From Pecten maximus (taxonomy: Eukaryota), in contig NC_047024.1 in the NCBI RefSeq assembly GCF_902652985.1, positions 24,986,001-25,050,000 of the forward strand: DNA of 64,000 nucleotides. The letters are read 5' to 3'. Each line of letters opens with the position of its first letter. Position 1 is the stretch's first letter. Below the pieces are notes generated by a model. The model did not search any database, had not been told where the DNA came from, and worked only from the letters and a program-made list of their open reading frames with translations. Below, in pieces: positions 23,531-36,479 of this stretch. Both the position numbers and the translations under genes were made by a program.

Positions 23531-26371
23531 TCATTCTATACTATAACTTACGACTAGTCAACATGTTGGTGTGGCTTCCTGGCTGGTTCCAGTAATGCTA
23601 CAGACATTCAAGTGTATTTTTGTGGAGACTGCATAATTTCTGCTTTGTTGTCACTCAATATTCTACTGAATCTCTGTAGGGGTTATATTCTGATGTAGCT
23701 GTTTTAATGTCTGTGGACTCAGTAGGTGAATCAGATTTGTATTTTACAACTAGATCCATTAACAAACCATGTTTATCTGCGGATCGGTTTCCTCTATGAT
23801 GAAATCTTTTGACAATGCCTTGTACATTTTACCCAATGATAGTAGCTATATCTTGTGCTATTAAGTAAAAACCAAACTTGTAGCCTACAGAAGTGTAATC
23901 CTCTCAGACAAAAAAAAATCTTTTTTTTTTTTTAATTAGAGCACATGTAGGAAAACCTGTATGGCAGAAATTACTTTTTTTTTTTATCATTTTTCAAACA
24001 TCAAAAAAATTTAAGTAATTTATTTTTTGAATGTATTACACAAATCAATTTTTTTTCCCGTGCAAGCGTTGTCATTAGCATATTCCATGAGTAGTTTCCA
24101 GCTGAAGGCCTTTTTAAAATTCTGCTACATATTGAGATCATAATTTTTGAATTTCAATTTGTCATTTTGAGGAAATTTTACCAAACGGGAATTGATTGTA
24201 GAAGCTTTTCTAATGAATTCATTATTTTTTTCTCAGACTGTTATATGGTATATACATCATAGGTTGGTATAAAAAAAAAGCTGATTCTTAACAAATAACT
24301 CTTTCAGCAATAAAATTTCTGTACATCGCAGAGGAACTATTTTTAGAATGCTCATAGAAAATTACAAGCATGTTATATGTATATGTGTACATAATGACAG
24401 ACAGACATGTTATTCTAAATGTATATATTGTATTAAAAAGTAACGGAATTTATCATAGAAAATGAATTGATATTCTAATATACATGTATATATATATATG
24501 TAAAAAGATAGAGATTCTATCATAGATGCTTATATATGATACTCCACTACATATGTATGTAACGAGAGACGGAATTTGTGTTATGTAATTATGAAAACTA
24601 GCATTGTGTAAATTTCCTACTGGTTAAAATGTGTTATTTGTATATAGATGTATGATGTAGATGTTTGTATGTTAGATATTTACAGAGTGCTCAAATTTGA
24701 GTTTCCCTCCATCATTTAAGGAGATCATATGTATAAAAGGATCATTTTGGTTAAGTATGGTAGATTTATATCGATATATACATGCATGCCGATTTTTAAT
24801 ATCCATCTGGTATAAACATCCTCATTTTAATTAGACCATGTCCAATACGACCATTTCCAATACCTCTTTTAATGTATAACATTGTTTAAGGACGCTACTG
24901 AGAGATATTACATAGGATTACCTGATGGTAAAATGTTTACACTTGTTCTAAGTACATGTACATGTATAGCTACATGTATCTAGGACACATTCACTCCACA
25001 CAATTTTTCTTTGTGTGAAATTATCATTTTCAAAACAAATCTGTCATAAATTGATCAGAAAACCAGTCATTAATTGTACTGGAATATATTTTCATTAGTA
25101 GGTTGTTTGTCCATCATATATAACTGTTATTATATAAAGTTTACTAGTGCTGTAAAATATGTCACTGATAATTACCCTTTTGAGATCAGATTATAGGGCT
25201 TAAGTCTTTGTAAGCTTTATTTTTCTTGAAACAGAAACTTAAACACTTTACATTAATTCAGAGTACTGTCCCTTTAAGCTTGACTTACTAAACTGTAAAC
25301 AGCATGGCATACAGTTTCAGGGCTATAAAGCTATTTCTGTATAATTAGTTTCTTCAAAACACTTTGTTGTTGCATAATTATAAGTCAGATGGTGAATCGT
25401 GAAAAGAATTACACAACACCTGTGTGTTTTGTGTCAGGTTATTGGTACTGTGCATCTCCTTAATTCTGATTGGCTATTAATAACTCGGAATATTTTGGGT
25501 ATTTTTTTGCCAAATATAATCAAAGCCTGTATAAAATAACCATCAAAAACTCATTTGTGATGATATTTACATTAACAATGTCTGTCATACTACCCAACCA
25601 ACATTTTCTAAAAAGTAGTTTGGGATTTCTCTCCATACTCAATAGTTGTACATGTTTCCATTCAATTTGGACCAGTGAACATTTTGTCATTAATGTTTTA
25701 TTGGTTTTTTTTTTTTTTACAAATGTGCAATTTGATTTTATATTTTCACTTTGTTTTTTCTTTGTGATGTTTAATAAATAAGTTGAAAATCAATGTCACA
25801 GCATGTTCTCCTGTCTTTGCTATGAGCTATAGAAATTTGTGTAATCTGGGTAGTATAAGCTCTCTGTACTAATACACTGTAATCTTTACTGTAAAACATT
25901 CACATGATGTCTGTTTAATGACTTTTAAGCACTGTGGTTACAACTATAAACATATTTGCTGATTAATTCTGAGCACATTTTTGCTACCGATTTTTTTTTT
26001 GTAATTTTAAAAATATGTTCATTTTACAATTCTTGCCATGGTTATTAGTTTTAAGTCTACTGCTGTTTTAAAAAGGATTTTCATTTCTCATTATTATTTG
26101 AAATGTTCGGATTGACTTTTATTTTGTAATATACAACACATCAAACTCCATTCAACAATCCAATTTTTTTAAATACGTGTCACATGTATTTAAAAAATTG
26201 ATTGCTGAATGGAGTTTCAACAAATGTAAATGTAAAAAGGATTTTGTTTCATCCAATTTCATCCTAATTAATCTGTGCTATCATATAGAATGACCAGCAT
26301 CCATTATAAAACGTCATCAAAGCTCGTCAGGAATATCCAATATGATTCAGAATTCATATTTAAAGTAGTTT

Positions 26372-26680
26372 TTTGAGTTTATCGATCGCCACTTGAACAG
26401 CCACTGTCATTTTGAGGTGGGGTCTCCTGTAGTAGTTTGTGACTACCTCACTGAATAACGTACAGGAGGATCTTTGCATACCATCCAGAGCAATTAGGGT
26501 AAATGTCTTGCCCAAGGATACAACCACAATAGCACAGCTTCCCGAGAAACACAACCACAATAGCTCAGCTTCCTGAGAATCACTTACCGATTTGGGTAGG
26601 GAGCGTTGAAATGTGCACCTCGGATTTTCACCTAAGGCTATGTGGGTGGCGCTCTAACTGAAAGAGCTATCATGGCCCCT
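26372..26680 (-). mobile_element. tRNA-derived SINE (family 2)
   Basis: Colinear with 20748-21037. Confidence 0.75.
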
Positions 26681-29600
26681 TTATCTAAAGTCGAGTTATA
26701 AGTATAGTAACCCTCTCAAGTGTTCAACAAAGATTGGCAGTATAAATGTATGACAGGTATAGTTCTGCTCTAACACATCAATCACAGTTACATCTGCCAG
26801 TGTACAAAACCATTGTGGCAGACTTCAAAAATTTCATATTCTGTTGTTCTTTTGAAGTGGATTTTATATTAGATTAGATATTTTAGATATGGTAGATATA
26901 TTGTGATCTACCTGGATCTCAACCTTACCCTGAAAATATTAGCATTGCACTGCCATTTTACTAAATACCTATTCAGGGTACCATTATTTTATCTCTATAC
27001 CCCAAAAGAAAGCCACCAAACAAGCATGTTACGATCCTCTCTAAAACGTTGATACAAGTTCATGAATGCCTTAGATAATTTTGGTATGTATCATCTCATC
27101 ATTAATTTATGTTACAAGCAGTCATGGGTTTAGTATGGAACTCTTTTTAAAAGGAGGTAGATTTTAAAATGAGGTAGCATGTATCCTTGAGCCACAAATC
27201 CCTAAATATATTGATCATAAACCTTGCTAATTTCAGATAATGATTTGAGTTTTCTTATTGCAATGGCTATACAGATGTACCTTAAGTTGTGTTGTGTGTT
27301 GTGCTTTTTTAACAAGATTCTTAAATGATAAGATTTTAATAGACCAAATATATTTATACAGTTTCACACCAAATGATTTGAGAATAAGATTGTAACCACA
27401 AGCCAAACAAACGTTTATTTTGGGTTCATCAGAATTATCAGCTAAGTGACAAAATATTATATTTAATGCCTTAAATGTTAATTTTAAGAAAGCTAGTTAA
27501 ATTGGCCAAACCAAACCGCTAGATTCTTAGAAAAAATAAATTGTATAAATATTGGTAATGTAGTTATGTGTTCAGCTTCAGTATGAAGCATTCTATATTC
27601 ATCTTGGTTAAGAGAATGTTTGAAAGGATTGTTTAAAAGGTATCAAGGTTTACAGCGATCACGAGTCCTTGGATGTTTCATTGTTATCTCCCTTAGTGAA
27701 AAGTGACTCGGTCAGCTGTCATTGACCAAACAAATTTAAATATATACACAAAGGAAGGTGATTCAAAATTATTAGTTTCAGATGGTCGAAATCAAACTCT
27801 TTCGTTCTGGATAGAAAGAGGAAGTATGTATTTTCATCGGAAACAACAAACATTAGATAAAATTTCTTACATGTGTAACAGCTGTTAGTTGAGCATGGAA
27901 TTTTTTTGTTTGTTTTTTTGATAGACATATATACAAACGTTTAAAAAGCTTTGTACAATTTATGTTAAACATACTGTATAATTTATGTTTATCATATTAT
28001 GTTGATGCTGATGTTTTTCTGCAAGATTTTCTTTGTTGTATGTTTATAGATAAATGGTTTGAGAGAACTGTGATACTTTCATTATGATTTTGTTGGTAGA
28101 TTTTACACTGCGGTTATACATTTTAGTGACTGATAGTCTAAATTTTGTGTCACAATGTTTACTACAGATAAAAAGAGAGTGATGTATAATGTCCAAACAT
28201 AGTCCAAAAATAAACAGTTTTCTCATACTGTGCTTAAAGTTTTAATGGAAAGCAAAGCCAGTAGTAATGTCAGAGAATGGAGATACTACTCCATGTGTCT
28301 TTACTTTACTAGTGGAAATTCTCAAAACCAGTACTTAATGTAAACTTGCAATTTTTGCACTCTCAAATTTAATTTTAGTATATTGTCAAATTTTAACGAA
28401 TTTCTGCAACAATGAATTGGCACATCCACAATGTTTGTATTTAATTGTGAATAATGTTTTAGTGAATTGTTTTCAGCAAGAAAGTGAGTAGATAAGATTA
28501 CTTTAAAAAATATATATGTACATTTACAGTACGCCAAAAATAGATTTTTCTCCTGCAAGTACTGTGGCCGTAGAATTTTTTAAGACAGATTTCATACCTG
28601 ATTAGATAACACCACTACTAAAGCATATTATATTATAGCAGTGTAGATGTCTTGGAAATTATCAAACGGGTATGGAGCCAGGTGGGTGTGTTCATCAGAA
28701 GATAAAATTCACTTCATCAATTCATTTCATCTTCAGCTACTCTCAATATACATATGTACCATGGGATATGATACTGGCTTGAATTTCTCCGCTTAACAAG
28801 AGTTGAAAATGATTACAAATCTGATCTATCACATGTAACTGTGGTGTAATATATATTCATCATTACAGAATGTATACTTTTGCTTATAAAAATATATAAA
28901 CAGAGCATGTCTGTGACATTGTGATGGTTTTACTACATATTATTTCTTATCAACGACCCTCCGAGTGATTCTATCAAAAGATATATATTTGCTGTACAAA
29001 GCATACCCCTATGATAACATTGAGGTATTTCTGCAGTTAGCAATAGAAATCTGTGATACTGGTTCTCGTGTAGATAGATACCCTTGAGCATAATTACCAC
29101 TTATATGTACAGCATGCATAATTGTTTATTTGAATTCAAAGGGCCAGGGATACTAAACTTTGTTGATCTGAATACACCTGTTTCATTGTGTGTGATATAT
29201 GTTTTAACTAAATCATGTCTTTGTTTGGATACAAATTCATCTTTTGTTTTTCATTAATCATGCATAACATTGTAGAAAAGGGAGTTTATTGTCACTCATG
29301 TGTGTATGAGAGAGTTTGTGTGTCACACGTGTGCACAAGAGTTTGTGTCACACATGTGCATAATGGAGTTTGCGTGTTACACGTGTGCACGAGGGAGTTT
29401 GTGTCGGACATGTATGCACATGCAAGAGAGTTTGTCACACATACCGGTACATATACATATATATACATGAGGGAGTGTGACACATATTTGTACATGAAGG
29501 AGTTTGTGTCACACATAAAAATATTGTATATAAGATAAAATGTGACCTTTCTAGTCATATTCAGGTCCTTGCCATTTTCTTTTTTTTTTCTTTTTTTTTG

Positions 29601-30249
29601 TTACATAGAGATTTTTACTTTCAGTCCCTTGCTCACTTAACTTTGGGGATAGTTGTATAAGATTGGTCTGTGTGATCGGGTGTGTCTGTAGAAATTGCTG
29701 AAGAGGGAGTTTAAGATACACCCCTGTAGGTTATTGTCTATGTATAGTATGTATTTGCAAATATAAAATATACTCTGTTTGAACTGGTTATATAATTATA
29801 ATGGTGTTTGGGGAGTATACAGACAGTGATATATACCATACAAACAAAACAGAATAAATACATGTATATATATATATATTGGTCATTGTTACTATCAGCA
29901 TTTATTTTATCTATCCTATTCTAGATTTTTAATCATTTTAACACATTATAGACCCTTTGCTGCTGTGCTGATGTTTTATTTACCTGTTATGTTTTAATTA
30001 TATTTGTTTGCGATATTTCTAAGAGAGGTTCTGCAGAAACATATGACAGCTAAGTGCTTTATATTGATACATATATGTAAGGTTAAATATCATCTCACTG
30101 TTTGACTGTCTAGAGGTAGCACATCCTGAAATTATTTACGGACCAATTCATTCAGTATGTATATGGCCTTTTACAAATCCTAATGAGAATTGTCGGGGGT
30201 CAGTTTATTCAACAAATGCTGTATACAGCCTGTTACCTATAAGAGATTT

Positions 30250-30512
30250 GTGATTTGTTTTCTGGGTTTATTTTGAGGCGGGGTCTCCTTGTAGTAGTTG
30301 GTGACTACCACAATATATGGGAGGCCTGTTGCATGCCATTCAGAGTAATTAGGGTAAAGTGTCTTGCCCAAGAACACAATAGCATAGTCCTGCCCATTTC
30401 TCAGCTTCCCAAGAAACACAAAAAGACAAGGGTAGGGAGCGTCAAACCACACACCTCAGATCTTCACCTGAGGTTACGTGGCCGACACTCTGACTGAGCT
30501 ATTGCAGCCCCA
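30250..30512 (-). mobile_element. tRNA-derived SINE (family 2)
   Basis: Colinear with 20748-21037 (AGGGTAAAGTGTCTTGCCCAAG..GGTAGGGAGCGTC..CTGAGCTAT). Confidence 0.75.
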
Positions 30513-31329
30513 TTAAGAAATTTGAGAATCAGGTTTCACTTCAGCTAGTCACAATGTATAAAAACATACTGCATAACATGAAATATTTGTGTGTACTTTC
30601 TGTGGGTGATTTTGAGCTTTCAAATTATATGTCGGTACAAACTTAAATGGTTAACCCATGCAACAATAATATAATAACATGCACAACTGTATTCATTCTA
30701 CTTACGGTATATTGGTAGTTCCACTTCAACATGAAAAAATAACTAAAGTCTATACACGTTTTATATTATAGTAATAATCTCCAATGTAGTTTCATTATCA
30801 TAAAATTGTCTGTTCAAAATGGCATTATCTTTGAGATTTATGAATCTAGTTTCATTTTAAGCAGTCTTGTAGAATAAAAAGGTAATCTTCCATATAGTTT
30901 CATAATCATGATTTAAAATGGCATAAGTTAACATAATTATTGAAAAAACTATACAACGATTTTTAATTGGAATAAAAGTCGTGAAGATGTATCCAAAATT
31001 AGTATCGTTGTGACCACAATGTATCTATACAAGCCTTTACCTGGCTTCCAATGATACAAACACAATGATACAGTGGTGTTTGTTCTCAGATTACCAGGAA
31101 TCCATGCCAACAATTACATGAAAAAAACAAATGTAGACACAAAATTTCCATCCTCTACATCTGTCCATAATCTCATTACACAGTCATGACTGTCGCCTTT
31201 ATAAAGTATATACTGTCAGGGCATTGGTGATGTCTCAAAAAGGTGTGTATCACACAATCATCATATGACAAAATGTTTAATAGGATTATCTTTAGCATAG
31301 TTTAAGCTGACCCTTTCAGGCCCTGTTAG

Positions 31330-31780
31330 AGTTGTCAGTTTGTGAGCAAGTACAGCAAGACTGGAGTCAGTTTGTCAGCGAGTCAGTTTGTCAGCGAGTC
31401 AGTTTGTCAGAGAGTCAGTTTGTCAATGAGTACAGTGAGACTGGAGTCAGTTTGTCAGCGAGTCAGTTTGTCAGTGAGTCAGTTTGTCAGAGAGTCAGTT
31501 TGTCAACGAGTCAGTTTGTCAGCAAGTCAGTTTGTCAGCAAGAACAGCGAGACTGGAGTCAGTTTGTCAGCAAGTACAGCGAGACTGGAGTCAGTGTGTC
31601 AGTGAGTCAGTTTGTCAGCAAGTACAGTGAAACTGGAGTCAGTTTGTTAGTTTGTCAATGAGTACAGTGAGACTGGAGTCAGTGTGTCAATTAACAACTA
31701 CAGTGGGACTGGAGTCAGTTTGTCAATTAAACAGTGAGACTTTAGTAAATTTTTCAACAATAAGACGAGTCAGTTTGCCA
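31330..31780 (+). repeat. 16-bp-core minisatellite
   Basis: GAGTCAGTTTGTCAGC with AAGTACAGCGAGACTG inserts. Confidence 0.9.
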
Positions 31781-31979
31781 GCCACTAATGCAAGACTGCA
31801 CTATGTACCAAAAGACAACTAAAATCCTATTCTTAAAAAGTGGTCCTCCCATGCGCTGGTATCGAAAAATTGAGAAAACGTTGTTGATAAAATATTTTAA
31901 TTCTAGCATTAATGGAGTCAGTGTGTCAGCGTGTAGAGCGAGACTTGATCATAAATGTGACCAGTGGTTAATGGTGTGA

Positions 31980-32460
31980 TTAATTTTCATTAGTATGATT
32001 AATGGGTAATAGAGTGTGAGAAATGATGACAATTAAGTATGATTAATGGATATGAGAGTATGAGAAATGATGACAATTAGGTGTGATTAATGGATAATAG
32101 AGTGTGAGAAATAATGACAAGTATGATTAATGGATATGAGAGTATGAGAAATGATGACAATTAAGTATGATTAATGGATATGAGAGTATGAGAAATGGTG
32201 ACAATTAAGTATGATTAATGGATATGAGAGTGTGAGAAATGGTGACAATTAAGTATGATTAATGGGTAATAGAGTGTGAGAAATAATGACAAGTATGATT
32301 AATGGATAATAGAGTGAGAAATGGTGACAATTAAGTATGATTAATGGATAATAGAGTGTGAGAAATGGTGACAATTAAGTATGATTAATGGATAATAGAG
32401 TGAGAAATGGTGACAATTAAGTATGATTAATGGATAATAGAGTGTGAGAAATGATAACAT
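31980..32460 (+). repeat. Roughly 44-bp minisatellite
   Basis: AGTATGATTAATGGATAATAGAGTGTGAGAAATGGTGACAATTA. Confidence 0.9.
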
Positions 32461-32958
32461 TTATGATTGATAGCTAATATAATGGAACTATTGTGATAAG
32501 TTGATATTAGTGTAATCAATGAATAAATAAGAGAGGTCAATAACTGAGTACTAGTGGGTAGTGATAGGTTCTAGAGTGCAGTTTGTGGCTTTTATTGTGA
32601 CTTATTCGAGAGGATTTGTAAGATATTAGGAAGCTACATATGACATTTTACTGTGTTTTGTATACAAACTAGATGTCCACTACAACTGTCTGTATGTAGT
32701 GTTAGCTTACACTGGAGATACTCACTACATTGTTATCATTTGTTTTGTATTAGTGACAGTGGAGAGCATTGTTATAGATGTAACCAATGAACGATCAGTG
32801 GATATTTAACCAATATCCCATATCTCATTAAAACAAGATATAACACCAACCAGGCTTTTGTTGTCAAATTGATTATTAGAGTCTAATTAGTCCCCCTCAG
32901 GAACCTAGGGGGACTTTATTTTTGTGTTGTGTCCGTCCTTTCATCCTTTCCCACTTTA

Positions 32959-33757
32959 TTATACCCCCCGCAACAAAGTTATTATACCCCCCACAACGAA
33001 GTTAGGGGGGGTATACTGGAATCAGGTTGTCCGTCCGTCCGTCCGTCTGTAGACACAACGATGTACCGGCTACTCCTTCTAAACTACTTATCCGATTTCA
33101 ACGAAACTTCATGACAATAACTCTTATACATTGTAGATGTGCGTAATCTATATAACATCGTAATTTTTTGGTTACCATGGTAACCAGGGCACAAAACTTA
33201 GTTTTTTGGTCTACTCCTCTTATGGTTACCATGGTAACCAGGGCACAGAACTTAGTTTTTTCATGACAATAATCCTTATACATTGTAGGTGTGTGTAATC
33301 TATATCACATCGTAATTTTTTGGTTACCACGGTAACCAGGGCACAAAACTTAGTTTTTTGGGCGAGTTTGATGCAACGATGTACCGGCTACTTCTCCTAA
33401 ACTACTTATCTGATTTCAACGAAACTTCATGACAATAATCCTTATACATTGTAGATGTGCGTAATTTTTTGAATAAATCCCATTCACACTTTACCTTTCT
33501 CATAACCTTTTTAATTTTTTCTTTGTTATAAATTGATCAATTGAAAAGATTTTCTCATGTGAAATCATTTCATAATGTCATGTACAACAATTTATTCATA
33601 ATATAGATAAAAAAAGAATGAGTGTAACCAAGAAAACTGAATACGACTAAGTGAGATTTAACTGTATATCTCGTTTATTGTATAAATGAACACATAGTAA
33701 CGATGGGGGTTGCAGGAGCGGGGGGTACGAGTTGGCCTTCATCTCTACACTACTTGT
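32959..33757 (+). mobile_element. HINE-like non-autonomous Helentron element, related to 10701-11193
   Basis: Duplicated 5' TTATACCCCCC(G/A)CAAC, then GGGGGGGTATACTGGAATCAGG, (GTCC)n, internal repeats and GCGGGGGGTA near the 3' end. Confidence 0.75.
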
Positions 33758-34939
33758 CACTGGAACTTCATACTTGGAGTACAGATTCACTTAGGTGTGG
33801 TGGTGTGTTAAGTATCGAAAGTAGGTCACTTAGACCTACACTTTGAACTCAGACTTACTGTACATCAAAGAAAAAACTTGTCTAGGCATGATTTCCTCTA
33901 CTACATGTTACAGGAACTTTATACGTGGAACGTGGTGTGTCATTTATTTATATAATTATCAGGTCTCCGTGTTCTTTATTTTGACATTTGACCTACATAA
34001 AATAAAACATTTTATCCATTCCGCACACAATTTCTCATTCGATGGGAGACTGTCACTTACAGAATGTTCTCGTTATTATTTCCCTACACTGTAAGGTATG
34101 GTATATAGAAGAAATTGAATGGTTTCCTGTGGAATATAACATATTTCACAAGTATGACAGAATATTGATATTTTTTATGAGGTTAAAGTGAAAAAGTATT
34201 GGTATATTCTGTCGAATAGGATAGATACTATATGTAGGAGTTGCCTTTTTGCAGATGATATTTAAGATAAAATGAACATGTACATTATTCACCAAATTTT
34301 CTGTTCTTGAAAAGTTATTTCAATCTCAGGTGTTTGAAGAGAAAATCACAATTAAACAAGTGTGAAGTATTGCATAATCAATTTTAATTGACCAATTATT
34401 TGATAATATCAGCTTAATAAAATCACAGCTTCAATGAGTATTGCAATAGATATCTCATTTGAGGTAAAATTAAGGTTTTGGCATATGACCAGTATTATGT
34501 GAAGTATCAATATTTTAGGTTATACAGAATAGGATTTTTGTTGCAAACATTGATGCTGCAACAATTCTCAGAAATGCATGTCATTACAGTATCTTTTTAC
34601 AACCTGAACATTATTTCCAAAATGAAGGCACTTAATTTAATTTTTCATCTAAGTGAACTGATTTGGTTCCCTCTTCCTTAAGTTACATGTTGCTTGGCAA
34701 GAAGTTATAAGATATAGAAACACCCCAGTTGATGTTAGACGGATTAGACTGAAAGAGTTTGGAGGAAAACTGCTATGATGAAGTATTTGTAACAACACTT
34801 CAGGTTTAAGCAGAAAAATTAACAAATTAAAACTTACAAACGTTAATTAAAAATTTTAAAAGTGACGACCAGTATCCTCCATATCAGATTAGAGATGATA
34901 ATTAGAAAATCTATTCCTGTTAGAATGACAAGTCTATTA

Positions 34940-36405
34940 TTCCTGTCTCAGAGGAAGAGTCAGACAGCTGTTCCTGTCTCGGAGGGAGACGAGTCAGACA
35001 GCTGTTCCTGTCTCGGAGGGTGACAAGTCGGACAACTGTGCCTGTCTCGGAGGGTGATGGGTCAGACAGCTGTTCCAGTCTCGGAGGGAGATGAGTAGAC
35101 AGCTGTTCCTGTCTCGGAGGGTGACAAGTCAGACAGCTGTTCCTGTCTCGGAGGGTGACAAGTCAGACAGCTGTTCCTGTCTCGGAGGGTGATGAGTCCG
35201 ACAACTGTTCCTGTCTCGGAGGGTGAAGGGTCAGACAGCTGTTCCAGTCTCGGAGGGAGATGAGTAGACAGCTGTTCCTGTCTCGGAGGGTGACGAGTCA
35301 GACAGCTGTTCCTGTCTCGGAGGGTGACGAGTAAGACAGCTGTTCCTGTTTCAGAGGGCGATGAGTCAGACAGCTGTTCCTGTCTCGGAGGGTGACGAGT
35401 CAGACAGCTGTTCCTGTCTCGGAGGGTGACAAGTCGGACAACTGTTCCTGTCTCTGAGGGTGACAAGTCGGACAACTGTTCCTGTCTCTGAGGGAGACGA
35501 GTCGGACAACTGTTCCTGTCTCTGAGGGTGACAAGTCGGACAACTGTTCCTGTCTCTGAGGGTGACGAGTCAGACAACTGTTCCTGTCTCGGAGGGTGAT
35601 GAGTCGGACAACTGTTCCTGTCTCTGAGGGAGACGAGTCAGACAGCTGTTCCTGTCTCGGAGGGTGACAAGTCGGACAACTGTTCCTGTCTCTGAGGGTG
35701 ACGAGTCAGACAGCTGTTCCTGTATCTGAGGGAGATGAGTCGGACAACTGTTCCTGTCTCTGAGGGAGACGAGTCAGATAGCTGTTCCTGTCTCGGAGGG
35801 TGACAAGTCGGACAACTGTTCCTGTCTCTGAGGGAGATGAGTCAGACAGCTGTTCCTGTCTTGGAGGGTGACGAGTCAGACAGCTGTTTCTGTCTCTGAG
35901 GGAGACGAGTCAGACAGCTGTTCCTGTCTCAGAGGGTGACAAGTCGGACAACTGTTCCTGTCTCTGAGGGAGACGAGTCGGACAGCTGTTCCTGTCTTGG
36001 AGGGTGACGAGTCAGACAGCTGTTCCTGTCTCTGAGGGAGATGAGTCAGACAGCTGTTCCTGTCTCTGAGGGAGACGAGTCAGACAGCTGTTCCTGTCTC
36101 GGAGGGTGACAAGTCGGACAACTGTTCCTGTCTCTGAGGGAGACGAGTCAGACAACTGTTCCTGTATCTGAGGGAGACGAGTCAGACAGCTGTTCCTGTC
36201 TCTGAGGGAGACAAGTCAGACAGCTGTTCCTGTCTCTGAGGGAGACGAGTCAGACAGCTGTTCCTGTCTCTGAGGGAGACGAGTCAGACAGCTGTTCCTG
36301 TCTCGGAGGGTGACAAGTCGGACAACTGTTCCTGTCTCGAAGGATCATGAGTCAGACAGCTGTTCCTGTGTTGGAGGGAGACGGGCTCGACATCTAGTCC
36401 TGTCA
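34940..36405 (+). repeat. 34-bp minisatellite (about 43 copies) just downstream of the gene B 3' end
   Basis: AGTCAGACAGCTGTTCCTGTCTCGGAGGGTGACG. Confidence 0.96.
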
Positions 36406-36430
36406 CTATATGTATGGTTATTATAGTATC

Positions 36431-36436
36431 TTTATT
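36431..36436 (-). promoter_or_regulatory. Candidate polyadenylation signal of gene B
   Basis: AATAAA on the minus strand about 45 nt after the TAG stop. Confidence 0.45.
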
Positions 36437-36479
36437 GCACCATTATATTTTCAATTAAAATCTTTAAAATGATCCAGTG

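Noticed and set aside
22302-23595. ORFs up to 403 aa
   Set aside because: Products of the 29-bp repeat downstream of the real stop codon.
35062-35577. 171-aa minus-strand ORF
   Set aside because: Translation of the 34-bp minisatellite.
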